Origin: a virus
Taxonomy: Duplodnaviria; Caudoviricetes
Direction: 5' to 3' (one strand)
Virus record (IMG/VR): IMGVR_UViG_3300042923_000250
Span: 1-60,460 of that record
DNA: 60,460 bases
Numbering within the stretch: position 1 is the first letter of the stretch; each line of letters begins with the position of its first letter. Both the position numbers and the translations under genes were made by a program. A model generated the notes under the pieces. The model saw nothing but the letters and a program-made list of their open reading frames with translations, did not search any database and was not told where the DNA came from. Shown one piece after another: positions 7,995-17,740 of this stretch.

Positions 7995-10121
7995 TTATAT
8001 ATCAATCATTCCGTATCCTCCGCTATTTCCAAATACATCTAATATCGCATTGACTTTGTTTATTACATCGCTCAATGTTGCACCTGTTGATAGTTTAGAT
8101 ATGGCTTTTTGTGTTGTTGGGGTGTTTCCAAAAAAACCTATGCTGGAGCCATCGTGTCTTAATGTAGTGGAATAAAGTGTTGTAAAGTATCCTGTAGTCC
8201 ATCTATTTCCTGTTCTTCCTAAATTGAAAATATTGTTGGCAGACGGATAAATATCCGCACCACTAAAGATTATATTATCTGTATATCCGATATGAGAATA
8301 TATCCTAAGCGCACCGTTTATATTGGTGCTTCCATGCATATTGATGGAGGCCCATGTATCGCTTGAAACATCACCGATATTTACTTCTTTCATAATCAAT
8401 GTCAGCCTTGTACTATATGCTCCAGAATATTCGCCGAGCATGATTGATGATACTCCAAATGAAAGAACGTTATTGTATGCCGCTCCGATATCCCTGGTAA
8501 TACTTCCGGTGCTGTAAAACATTATGTTGTTATCGTTTATTTCTATTGCAGAATTTTTTATTGTTACGCTGTTCATTGAAGAAGCTGTTATTTCTCCGCT
8601 GAACTTCCCGTTAACCGCTTCGATGCTTCCGTCTAATAGGATTTTAAAATTATTATTCGCGGTAACAAGTCCTTCGAACGTGATTTTACTTGCCGCTATC
8701 TTGGCTTCCTCGGAAGTAAGATTGATAGCGCCAATGACGCCATTTTTATCAACCTTTAATGCTACATTATCGGCCATAACGGTTATGCTACCGCTAAGTG
8801 CTCCTTCTGCCTGTGTTGCTCTTGTAACCTCCGCTGATATTTGCTGGGTAGTCTGTGTAAATTGTGATTGAGTATTTTCTGCTAAGTCGGTTAAAGTAAT
8901 ACTTACTTCGTCGACCGTTTTCTTAATTAAGGCGGTACGTCGCTGGAGTTGTATTATTTCTTTGTTCAATCCAAAGTTCTGTTCTCTTTTCTCTGAGCCT
9001 TCTGCAACAAATGAATCCTTTAATGCTTGGATTCCTGTCAATGTCCTCTGAAATACATATCCGGTCACAACATCATCTGTGCTTATTGCAATAGTATCTC
9101 CTACCTCAACATAAGGCAAGCCGATATTCTCGCTCTGATAGGGTCTATAAGGTCTCTTTGCTATATTGCCATACGTATTTAATGCTATGGTTTCTAGCTC
9201 GGCAGCTCCCTTACCGAATACCAAAAAGTTTCCTTCAATGACATAGGCATTTGTTCCGGTGCCGACAATTGCCCCGATATCATCCTCTTCTTGCCTGATC
9301 TGTAGCTTATCAATTTCCTTTACGGTGTATTCCTCAAATTTAACCGAACGATACATGGCTTTACTTATTGTCTCGGAAATTAAATTCGGATCTACAAAAG
9401 ATGTATCCGATTCCGATACCGGATATAAATCATCTGCCGGATAAAGTGTTTCGCTTGGATATAATCCATATGCCGGTTCCAGCACGACGTGAGTAAACTT
9501 GCCTAACCTGTTTATATGCCCGAAACAGCCGTTTATTTCTTCACAGGCCTGTATTGTATTCCTACCGCTTAATTGAGTAGGTTCTATGGTCTTTGCGACT
9601 ATCATAGTGTCATTCGGAAGAGGAAGGGCGGTAATATCCTCTGCCAATCCTAAATGCGACATGAGAGATGCGCGAAAAGCAGCTAGAGTATAAGTTTCGC
9701 TTCCTGTTGGAAATAATCCGTTATACCACCCAGATACATCAGCATCAAATTTCCTCATGCAGTCATAAGCAACAACATCCTTATATCTCAAATCTTCTTG
9801 CTTCTTGCATGAATCGACTTTGTATGTGCCGAATGGAATCGTGTATGCTCCGACTGTCTGTGTAACAGTAAATTCCAAATCCTTTAAGTCTTGCGAAATA
9901 TCAGCTACGGTAAATTTTATTTGAGACGATTCACATGAACCAAAAACCAAATCGCTGTCAGCACATAGCATCTCTGTTAATTTAAATGTTCCGGCTTTTA
10001 ATTTATTGTTTTTCCCGGCTTCATTAATCGTAAGATCGATTGCAGGAAAATAAATTATGTAATACTTCGGGATACTATTTTGTTTGTAAAGTGCTTTTAA
10101 ACCGTTGTCAATCGGCAACAT
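7995..10121 (-). CDS. Baseplate hub / tail spike (Tal-like) protein
   Basis: Follows Dit-like gene; LYPSETLYP motif, coiled coil, beta-rich C-terminus. Confidence 0.8.
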   Translation of the reverse strand: MLPIDNGLKALYKQNSIPKYYIIYFPAIDLTINEAGKNNKLKAGTFKLTEMLCADSDLVFGSCESSQIKFTVADISQDLKDLEFTVTQTVGAYTIPFGTYKVDSCKKQEDLRYKDVVAYDCMRKFDADVSGWYNGLFPTGSETYTLAAFRASLMSHLGLAEDITALPLPNDTMIVAKTIEPTQLSGRNTIQACEEINGCFGHINRLGKFTHVVLEPAYGLYPSETLYPADDLYPVSESDTSFVDPNLISETISKAMYRSVKFEEYTVKEIDKLQIRQEEDDIGAIVGTGTNAYVIEGNFLVFGKGAAELETIALNTYGNIAKRPYRPYQSENIGLPYVEVGDTIAISTDDVVTGYVFQRTLTGIQALKDSFVAEGSEKREQNFGLNKEIIQLQRRTALIKKTVDEVSITLTDLAENTQSQFTQTTQQISAEVTRATQAEGALSGSITVMADNVALKVDKNGVIGAINLTSEEAKIAASKITFEGLVTANNNFKILLDGSIEAVNGKFSGEITASSMNSVTIKNSAIEINDNNIMFYSTGSITRDIGAAYNNVLSFGVSSIMLGEYSGAYSTRLTLIMKEVNIGDVSSDTWASINMHGSTNINGALRIYSHIGYTDNIIFSGADIYPSANNIFNLGRTGNRWTTGYFTTLYSTTLRHDGSSIGFFGNTPTTQKAISKLSTGATLSDVINKVNAILDVFGNSGGYGMIDI

Positions 10122-10133
10122 AATATCCCTCCT

Positions 10134-10523
10134 CTAGTATTCGATAAATGCGATTCGGATAGGTTTGTACAAAATATCGGTATCGGATGTGCTATAAATT
10201 TCAAACGTAATATCTGGTACATAAAATTTTCCAGTCTGATATTCATTATCTTCATCGTTCCAATATGTAACGCTTAATTCAACCCTTGACGGCAATAGCG
10301 CCTGTAAGGCAATTTTATCCGCCAAGCGTAAGTAAGGGGTGTTAAATTCAATTTTAGAACGTGTGTGAGGCACTGTGCTCCTATGTAATAGACCGTCACC
10401 GTCCACGTAGGTGTCATCATCTGTAATTTGGTTTGGAGTTGATATGTAACTTCCATGTGAAATATATTTATTGGTGGAGAGAACCACTTCACCAACTTTA
10501 ATTAAATATCCTAAAAAAGCCAT
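10134..10523 (-). CDS. Distal tail (Dit-like) protein
   Basis: Immediately after tape measure; ends YKPIRIAFIEY. Confidence 0.7.
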   Translation of the reverse strand: MAFLGYLIKVGEVVLSTNKYISHGSYISTPNQITDDDTYVDGDGLLHRSTVPHTRSKIEFNTPYLRLADKIALQALLPSRVELSVTYWNDEDNEYQTGKFYVPDITFEIYSTSDTDILYKPIRIAFIEY

Positions 10524-10538
10524 TGTGATTCCCTCCTT

Positions 10539-13500
10539 TTATTTTTGAAATGGGTCTTTGCCCGTTTGTTTTCGAAATGCGTCGCTTTCAGTTTTGACAA
10601 GTTTGAAAACGCCTTTTGCATCACCCTCAAGAACAACGGTTGTTTGACCGTTGCCTATATTTGCCATTGCCGGAACCAAAACATTAATCAATGCGCCTTC
10701 AACTGCCGATGCGATACTATTTGTGATTTGGTCGTTATTGGCTACTGCGGTACGATTGCCGATGCGTCCAACCATTTCAGGGATACCGTTTTCTCTTGCG
10801 ATGAATGCTTCTCCTGTGTTGGGAAAGCCTCCTGTTTTGTATCCTTTAGTCTTAGGGATTATCCCTAATGGGTCGGTAGTGTCTATTCCGCTAATATTAA
10901 GCAGTAAATTAGTTGAAAGGCTAACAGTGGGAAGTTTATGGCTCGTTATTTCACTGTCAATCTTGGCGAGCCAACCTTTAACTGATAGCACCGCCGTTCC
11001 GTCACTATCGAAAGCACTCTTATAACCCTTGATAAGATTATTGGCATATCTCGGCATATTATCTTTTTGGTATTCCTCTGACTTGTCCTTGATGGCTTTT
11101 CCAACTGTAAATACAAGCTTCGTTCCTTGCACTTGCAAGTCAGGAATTTTACTTTTAAGTCCATTAATAATGCTTTCATCCAGATCACTACCAGCCGTTT
11201 CACTCGCTGCCAACATTTCTAAATATTCTGGGCTGTCAGCCATTCCCTGTCCAATTAAATAAAGAATTGCGTCTCTATCGCCAGTCAATGCTTTCAAGTT
11301 TGCAATGTCGGTTAGCTGTGAAGATATTCCATCTGGAACTTGTGAGCCAGTTTTTAAAGCATCATCGTATATTTTTTTGTACTGTTCTTCGCTTGGCTCT
11401 AATCCAGCAAGCATTTCATTCAATCCGTCTTTCGTGGCTTGACTCAAACCGCTTTCATCAAGTGCGGATAAGTAATTAAATTCCATTCCATCAACAAGAG
11501 CATTAATTCCTTCCGATGGGTCGGAATTTGTAATTCCGGTTACTATTTCTTCTGTGAAATATGTCTCGGTCTTATCTTTAATATTTCCTTTTGCGCTGGT
11601 TAATTCCGTACCATATTTATCAATCAAACTATCAAGCGAAAACTGCGTGCCATCAAAAGATATCTCTGCTTTAGTTTTTGAAAGATTATTGGTGATTTCC
11701 TTGACAGCAGAATCCCATTCGTTTTGGATTGCTTTCTTTTCGGTAGCCGTGGTTGCGTTTTCCATTTTTAATGAATAAGCGGCGTTAACACTTGCCAAAA
11801 CCGTATAGCTTGCTTCTTCGGCTTTACCTATTCTTTCCCCGATTATCTCTTGAATTTTTGCTGTCAGTTCCTTGAAGCTATCTGGTGTTAAATCACCGTC
11901 AACCGTAATCATTTGTAGCTTTGCTTTAAACTCAGCGTCAGCAACCTTGCTGTTGATTTCTGCTATTTCCTTAATTAAGTTATCAATTGTCTTTTGTTCT
12001 GTCGCATCAATAATTCCATCGGCAAGCGCATTATCCATTTCTGATCTAAGGTCTTTGCCAAGCTGTGCCATTTTATCTTTCGAACCATTGAAATATTCAT
12101 CAACCAATTGAGTAATTTCAGTGTTGAAATTTGCATCATTTATAACCGCATCAATCGCAAGTTTCGTTACATAATGTTGTTGTTCGATATATGCTTCGGA
12201 ATCTGTGATAAACTTTTCTACCGTTGCCCCGTATTCGGCAACTTCCTCCGGCGTTAATTCCAGTCCCACGGAAATTTTCCAATTTAACTTGTTGAGGGCG
12301 TTCACATCATCTGTGATGCTTGTTTCTAGTTCATCAAGTTTTGCCTTCTCCGAGATATAAACATCTAATTTTGCAGAATACTCAGTATCGGTAATTCGCT
12401 GTGCGACTTTTTCCATTTCTTCCATGGAAAGTTGAATATCTCCAAACCTTGAAGCCAAGTCTTCTTCAACGAGTTTCTTGTTGTATTCTTTCACGGCTTC
12501 ATAAATCAATATAATTGCACCAACTGCAAGAGCAGCGATTCCGGCGGGTCCAAGATGGAATTTTCCTATTGCTGTTGCTAACTCTCCAAACCATGTGACA
12601 ACTTTATATGTAACAAAGGCTGCTCCGATTGCTTTTAAAATAGGAGAAATTTTATCCATAGTGTCAACGAACGCCTGTATCTTTGGCTGTATTTTATCCG
12701 CTAATTCTTCGGCTTTATTTTTCATATTTGCCAACTCTTCATTGAATTTCGCCATATATGAAGTTGTTTTGTCATTAATAGCATTATCTAATTCGCCATA
12801 TCCCGACCCAACATCAAGCTTTATCCCCTTAGACTTTCCACTCGATAAAATATTCAATTCATCAAAACTCATAAGGGATTTTTTTAAACTGTCAACGGAG
12901 TCCTTAGCTTCATCTGCACCGTCGCCAATACCTTCGATATCGCCCGTGACATCGGTATAAATATTAGTGTCAGTATAGTCGGGCAACTCAAATCCCATGG
13001 CTGTAGCGAGAGTATCCACCATTCTGCGGAGCGCAATTACTAAAGCGTTTATATAAGGAAGAACAGTAGTGACGATGGGTAAAAATACATTACCTATAGA
13101 ACGAGTTAGATTAACCCATTGTTGTTGTAGGATTCGCAATTGGTTAGCTGGGGAATCGATTGTTTTAGCCATATCGCCGAATGCAACCTCAGCTTGATCC
13201 ATGATTGACAGCCATCTTAATTGAACTTTGGCAGCTTGACTCATATTTTCAACTGAGTCCTTAATTCCATAATTCAAAGCGGTCATTTCGAGGGACGTTT
13301 GAGATATGTCAATGCCTAATGTACGAAGCGGTCTAATCTGTCCAGCAAGTCCACTTTGTAACTTTTTCATTGCATCATCCGTATCAATATTCCATAACGA
13401 CGCAATATCATTTCCAAGCAGAGTAAACGACTCTGATATATTCATAGCAGAATTTGCTACCAAACCCATAGAATTAGACATCTGAGCGAATACCGCTTGA

Positions 13501-14402
13501 TAATTCATCATTAGGTTGGGGTCGAGCGATAAAGCATCGGTTATTCTATCGTTGAAAGCTTGCGCCCTATTAATAAACCCTTTTGCAAATTCTTCCGATG
13601 CAGCTGAACCCATTTCCATGCCGAGATCAGTTGCGGTGTCTACTCCAATTTTCTTAAAGGAAGTCTGGAATAAGTTGATTGTCTCGGTGAAGTCCATAGA
13701 CTTCTTAATTGAACCGAATAGAAGATTAACTGCTCGTCTAACCAACCATAATTTTGCATATAATCCAGCGAGGGATAGTGAGAAGTTTTTAGTGTTGGTA
13801 GATGCTTGTTTAGCGGTGTTGGAATATTTTTTGAGCGAACTATTTATACCATTGGTGGCTGACCGAACCTTTGAACCTTGGTTTGCCAAATTGGACAGAG
13901 CATTTGTCATATCGATTAAGTTTTTTGATACGTTCGGAGAGGTCGAGAGGGTCTGCATGAGTCCTCTTAACGCATTTGCCATTAATGGAATATTAGTGAT
14001 AGCAGTAGAAGCGGATTTATAGCCGAGTTTCGAAATGCTATTAGCTAGTTCCGTAATTTGGGTTGCTCCGTTTGTAAGTCCAGTGCTTGCTGTCAAGGCA
14101 GAAGAAATTGTTCGGAGTGCCGAGGCTGTTCCGTTGATTTTGGATTGGTCGATGTTTCCTAGCTTTTCAATATTCTTGGCAAGTCTCGAAAAATCGGCGG
14201 TCTTAACATTGCTCATTGACTGCATGGAGGTTGACAAACTCTGGATACTATTTGCCATGCCTTTTAAGCCAGAAGCGTTAATTCTGGAAAGAGAACTCGA
14301 AACCTTATCTAGCTTACCGACTAATTTTTCTAACTCTGCATTTGCCTTACTTGCTTGTGCTTGGACTTCAATTTCTAAGCGGTCTATAGTCCCGTCTGCC
14401 AT
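10539..14402 (-). CDS. Tape measure protein
   Basis: 1287 aa, helical and Ala-rich; SPANQLRIL; C-terminal GGFP..GEAFIARENGIPEMVG. Confidence 0.93.
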   Translation of the reverse strand: MADGTIDRLEIEVQAQASKANAELEKLVGKLDKVSSSLSRINASGLKGMANSIQSLSTSMQSMSNVKTADFSRLAKNIEKLGNIDQSKINGTASALRTISSALTASTGLTNGATQITELANSISKLGYKSASTAITNIPLMANALRGLMQTLSTSPNVSKNLIDMTNALSNLANQGSKVRSATNGINSSLKKYSNTAKQASTNTKNFSLSLAGLYAKLWLVRRAVNLLFGSIKKSMDFTETINLFQTSFKKIGVDTATDLGMEMGSAASEEFAKGFINRAQAFNDRITDALSLDPNLMMNYQAVFAQMSNSMGLVANSAMNISESFTLLGNDIASLWNIDTDDAMKKLQSGLAGQIRPLRTLGIDISQTSLEMTALNYGIKDSVENMSQAAKVQLRWLSIMDQAEVAFGDMAKTIDSPANQLRILQQQWVNLTRSIGNVFLPIVTTVLPYINALVIALRRMVDTLATAMGFELPDYTDTNIYTDVTGDIEGIGDGADEAKDSVDSLKKSLMSFDELNILSSGKSKGIKLDVGSGYGELDNAINDKTTSYMAKFNEELANMKNKAEELADKIQPKIQAFVDTMDKISPILKAIGAAFVTYKVVTWFGELATAIGKFHLGPAGIAALAVGAIILIYEAVKEYNKKLVEEDLASRFGDIQLSMEEMEKVAQRITDTEYSAKLDVYISEKAKLDELETSITDDVNALNKLNWKISVGLELTPEEVAEYGATVEKFITDSEAYIEQQHYVTKLAIDAVINDANFNTEITQLVDEYFNGSKDKMAQLGKDLRSEMDNALADGIIDATEQKTIDNLIKEIAEINSKVADAEFKAKLQMITVDGDLTPDSFKELTAKIQEIIGERIGKAEEASYTVLASVNAAYSLKMENATTATEKKAIQNEWDSAVKEITNNLSKTKAEISFDGTQFSLDSLIDKYGTELTSAKGNIKDKTETYFTEEIVTGITNSDPSEGINALVDGMEFNYLSALDESGLSQATKDGLNEMLAGLEPSEEQYKKIYDDALKTGSQVPDGISSQLTDIANLKALTGDRDAILYLIGQGMADSPEYLEMLAASETAGSDLDESIINGLKSKIPDLQVQGTKLVFTVGKAIKDKSEEYQKDNMPRYANNLIKGYKSAFDSDGTAVLSVKGWLAKIDSEITSHKLPTVSLSTNLLLNISGIDTTDPLGIIPKTKGYKTGGFPNTGEAFIARENGIPEMVGRIGNRTAVANNDQITNSIASAVEGALINVLVPAMANIGNGQTTVVLEGDAKGVFKLVKTESDAFRKQTGKDPFQK

Positions 14403-14451
14403 AATCTCACCTACCTTTGCCTGAAAAATCTAAAAAAAATAGCGCCTATCA

Positions 14452-14916
14452 CTAGACGCTAGTCGTATTCGATTGCTGAAATTTCTTATTAAACACATTC
14501 GCCCAATCCTCGAATTTTCTTGCTTGGATTTCTGGATATTGCTGAATTGTATTTTCTTCTTCTTTACCGAATGGTTTGTCGGGATACTTTGCTTTCTTGG
14601 GGTCGAGAGCCTTTTGAATAGCAGAAATTATATATTGTCCGTTTGTCCATGCGGTATAGTTGATTTTTTCATACTCGTTTTCTATACCCTTGATATATTC
14701 TTTCTGTTTAATTTCCATATACTTCGGGTTATAACTATTAAAAAATTCTTTAAGAGGTATTCCATACCTAAAAGCAGCCGGAAGCCATATTCTGTCTATG
14801 GCTTCCGTGAATGTTTCTGGTGGGATTATTCGGTTGGAGTCGTCTCCTTGATTGCTTTGACAGTCGTCTTTGCTTTCTTCTTCTCCTCCTGGGTTTCCAG
14901 GAGTTTCTTGAAAAAA
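14452..14916 (-). CDS. Tail assembly chaperone, frameshifted (gpT-like) part
   Basis: -1 frame open from the slippery site T TTT TTC (14916-14910) to the stop at 14452; WLPAAFRYGIPLKEFF..NPKY motif lies upstream of the first ATG. Confidence 0.75.
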   Translation of the reverse strand, partial: FFQETPGNPGGEEESKDDCQSNQGDDSNRIIPPETFTEAIDRIWLPAAFRYGIPLKEFFNSYNPKYMEIKQKEYIKGIENEYEKINYTAWTNGQYIISAIQKALDPKKAKYPDKPFGKEEENTIQQYPEIQARKFEDWANVFNKKFQQSNTTSV

Positions 14917-15179
14917 TGGCTGTCACTGATTGCGGTTATGTAGGCTTTGTAAATATCCTCTATGGTTCCACCGCCTAAAATATGCTGTTCGATTAAATAA
15001 TCTGCTTCCTCTGGAACGGTTCCGACTACGACTGCCACAAATGCGCTTACAATCGTAAACATCATGTCTGGGTCGATTAGTCGTCTTAGCGGAACACCGA
15101 ATTGTTCCAATCTCTTAGAGTGCGCAAAGTTTAATTCTGGAACCTCGTATAGTTTATTGTTAATTTTTATCATACTCAT
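14826..15179 (-). CDS. Tail assembly chaperone (gpG-like)
   Basis: Between major tail and tape measure genes; contains the slippery heptamer. Confidence 0.8.
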   Translation of the reverse strand: MSMIKINNKLYEVPELNFAHSKRLEQFGVPLRRLIDPDMMFTIVSAFVAVVVGTVPEEADYLIEQHILGGGTIEDIYKAYITAISDSHFFKKLLETQEEKKKAKTTVKAIKETTPTE

Positions 15180-15199
15180 TCTTATTTTCCTCCTCTAAA

Positions 15200-15616
15200 T
15201 TACGCCACGTCTTTTGTAATAACCGTGGACGGTACAATAGTGATTGTCATTTCAACAACACCATTAACAGCAGTTTCATTGATGAATACGGAAAGCTGAC
15301 CGCTAAATTTGTATTTTCCATCCGCGCCAGTTCCGGCATTTCCAAACCAAACGGCATACGATTTTGTAAGATTTTCAAGCAGTTTTAAATCGTCGTATTT
15401 ATCGCTATCATAATTAGCGGTAAACGTCATAGCCTCTGATGTTTGAATACCATTTATAAATGTCTGCATTGCATCATCAAGAGTGGTTGTCTCAAGCATT
15501 TCAGGTGCGCCACCTAATTGAGGAGTTGTTTTAACAGGAAGTAACTGCGCCCATACAGGTGCGACATCTGTTCCCGTATTATTCATAAGTTTAGCGTTAT
15601 AACTGGAAATAGCCAT
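15200..15616 (-). CDS. Major tail tube protein
   Basis: PQLGGAPEMLETTTLDD...TFTANY motif; ATG 15616 with AAGGAG. Confidence 0.88.
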   Translation of the reverse strand: MAISSYNAKLMNNTGTDVAPVWAQLLPVKTTPQLGGAPEMLETTTLDDAMQTFINGIQTSEAMTFTANYDSDKYDDLKLLENLTKSYAVWFGNAGTGADGKYKFSGQLSVFINETAVNGVVEMTITIVPSTVITKDVA

Positions 15617-15696
15617 GTGTTTGCTCCTTTCGAATTTAAACATAAAAAAGAAGAGTGCCGTCAAATGGTCACTCTCTGGTTGGTGTTATTATAAAA

Positions 15697-16080
15697 TTAA
15701 AATATATCTCCACTGCCGATAATCCTTGTGTATCTTGCAATTAATCGGCAAATAGATGTATCTGCTATATTGGTTATTTGTTGTGGCCCGAACGTTCTTC
15801 TGAATCCCATGGAACGCATTTGCGTGTCGGCGATAGCATGGATTTTCTTGGCCGTTGTCAACTTGGATGTGTCGTTAGTGTAGATTGTAATTTCAATGGT
15901 TGCATTGACAGCGTTTTCATTGTTGTCGAGATCGTCAGCGGTTGTTGGATTGTCCTTCTGGTCAAAAAACATAAACGGGAATGCAGTGGGAGTATTTGTG
16001 AATGTTTGACTTGAGTCTTTAAGAAGTGTTGTTCCGATTGCGTTTTTGACTAATGTGTAAATTTTATTAGCGTAATCCAC
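15697..16080 (-). CDS. Tail terminator/completion protein
   Basis: Position; FPFMFF...MRSMGFRR...RLIARY; GTG start after GGAAG is approximate. Confidence 0.75.
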   Translation of the reverse strand: MDYANKIYTLVKNAIGTTLLKDSSQTFTNTPTAFPFMFFDQKDNPTTADDLDNNENAVNATIEITIYTNDTSKLTTAKKIHAIADTQMRSMGFRRTFGPQQITNIADTSICRLIARYTRIIGSGDIF

Positions 16081-16582
16081 TTCCAAACACCTCCTTGGCA
16101 ATCTTCTGAACAATCAATCGCAATTCCTTGCCTGTCTCGTACATGAATGGTCTTGATGGCATGCCTTTAGTCCAGTGCCATTGTCCGTCGGTATCATTGA
16201 AGTAATGCCATCCAGCAACGCCATGTTCTCCAATATCATATCTCCAATTAACCAACGAAGTATCGGGGTGAGGGGATTGGCTTCCGACTAATCCAGTTCC
16301 AAATTCAACGAAGGGAGCCCATTCGCATCCAGTATAAACAATCCACTTCCCACCATGTTGAACAACTCCACCGTATTCAGATTTGATACTTTGAAGTAAT
16401 TCCGTGGTGTAGATTGCATCGTATTCAGCAATTTTCAGACGAGCAATAAATACTCCTTCTTCGGCAAGTCGCTGAGCGAGAATTCGGCATTTGTAGTCTA
16501 TGTCAGATTGGTATTTTCGGACTTCCTTGATTGCGTTATTGATGCTTGACGGTGAGAGAGTAAATGTAATTTTTTTTGCCAT
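16067..16582 (-). CDS. HK97 gp10-like neck protein
   Basis: APFVEFGTG...WTKGMPSRPFMY motif. Confidence 0.85.
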   Translation of the reverse strand: MAKKITFTLSPSSINNAIKEVRKYQSDIDYKCRILAQRLAEEGVFIARLKIAEYDAIYTTELLQSIKSEYGGVVQHGGKWIVYTGCEWAPFVEFGTGLVGSQSPHPDTSLVNWRYDIGEHGVAGWHYFNDTDGQWHWTKGMPSRPFMYETGKELRLIVQKIAKEVFGSGLR

Positions 16583-16855
16583 TTATTGATAACACCCAAC
16601 CCCATGTCGAAAATTGAAAGCTTTTGCCCATTCCTCGAATGCTTTTGCCTGTTTTTTTGTTTGAGCTTCGTTTATCGCCTTTTCGATTTCTTTATAATCA
16701 AGCGTAACATTTACAGTTCCTGTGGTTGTTGTTGTAACTGATTGTTGATTACCATTACATGGACACATCGTCATAAACGGTGCCAACACTTTTCCACATA
16801 CTGGACATTGCCAACCTTGCATTGCTCCCATTGTCATCATTCTTATTTCCTCCAT
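16583..16855 (-). CDS. Zn-knuckle hypothetical protein inside the head-tail module
   Basis: GWQCPVCGKVLAPFMTMCPC. Confidence 0.65.
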   Translation of the reverse strand: MEEIRMMTMGAMQGWQCPVCGKVLAPFMTMCPCNGNQQSVTTTTTGTVNVTLDYKEIEKAINEAQTKKQAKAFEEWAKAFNFRHGVGCYQ

Positions 16856-16857
16856 TT

Positions 16858-17253
16858 TTATGATACTTTTTTAATCGCATATTGAGCCACATTCAAATCC
16901 TTCGCAACCCTAACCACCGTATATTCATGAGGCGTGATAGGTTCGTCCAACTCATTCAAGGAAAGACTTCCGTCAGCTTCCAACAAAGGACTGCTGTCAA
17001 TCCAAATAATTGAAAATTCAGTTATTGGCAACTTGTCAGTTGTTGTCATGGTTCGGTCATAGTCGAGAGACAATCCAAATGCTTGGGAGTTTGACTCGCC
17101 TTTATTCGGGGATACTCTAATTTTTATACTGACGGGATTTGCGTAACCATTTTTGAAATCGCCAGTTTCATAGCCATCAGAATCGAGGACGGGAACTTTA
17201 CCGAGATATAAGGCATAAAATATAGTTTGTTTATTAATTTCCAGTGTCCTCAT
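16858..17253 (-). CDS. Head closure / head-tail adaptor
   Basis: Position; DGYETG...YTVVRVAKDLN...YAIKKV. Confidence 0.75.
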   Translation of the reverse strand: MRTLEINKQTIFYALYLGKVPVLDSDGYETGDFKNGYANPVSIKIRVSPNKGESNSQAFGLSLDYDRTMTTTDKLPITEFSIIWIDSSPLLEADGSLSLNELDEPITPHEYTVVRVAKDLNVAQYAIKKVS

Positions 17254-17267
17254 ATTGCCTCCTCTTA

Positions 17268-17591
17268 TTAAAATACTTTACACATTGGAACAATATCTCG
17301 AACATAACTATCTGGAATAGAAGCGCTCTCATAACCTCTATTAATACCATTCTCATTGTGGCTTGTTTGCCCTTCTGCGCCTCTTTTATTCCATAGGTAT
17401 ACCGCAATATCTAATTCGATATCTGAGTACTTTAAAAGGGTTTCCGTGGCTTGTTCGTCGGTGTATCCGAACGGGTATCTTTTGTTGAGAATTTTTTTAT
17501 CTGCTGAACTAAGCAAAAGGGACAACAACCCATCCTTGTCCGCATCCGTTATACTTAAATAAGTTTTTAGATTTTCCAAGTTAGTTGCCAT
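17268..17591 (-). CDS. Head-tail connector (SPP1 gp15-like)
   Basis: WNKRGAEGQTSHNENGINRGY motif. Confidence 0.88.
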   Translation of the reverse strand: MATNLENLKTYLSITDADKDGLLSLLLSSADKKILNKRYPFGYTDEQATETLLKYSDIELDIAVYLWNKRGAEGQTSHNENGINRGYESASIPDSYVRDIVPMCKVF

Positions 17592-17602
17592 CCCTTAAAC
17601 AC

Positions 17603-17722
17603 CTACTTTCCCTTTTTAACTGGTTCTTTTGGTTCTTCTTTAGGTTTAATTTCCTCTACTGGCACGTTAGCACCAGTAGGGTAGTAAACTCCTTTATATT
17701 TAACCATATGATCATATTTCAT
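17603..17722 (-). CDS. Small head-module protein (39 aa)
   Basis: MKYDHMVKYKGVYYPTGANVP...; GGAGG RBS. Confidence 0.6.
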   Translation of the reverse strand: MKYDHMVKYKGVYYPTGANVPVEEIKPKEEPKEPVKKGK

Positions 17723-17740
17723 AATTTACAAACCTCCATC

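Noticed and set aside
8323-14424. Many plus-strand ORFs over the tail genes
   Set aside because: Antisense shadows of long minus-strand genes, with no RBS or motifs
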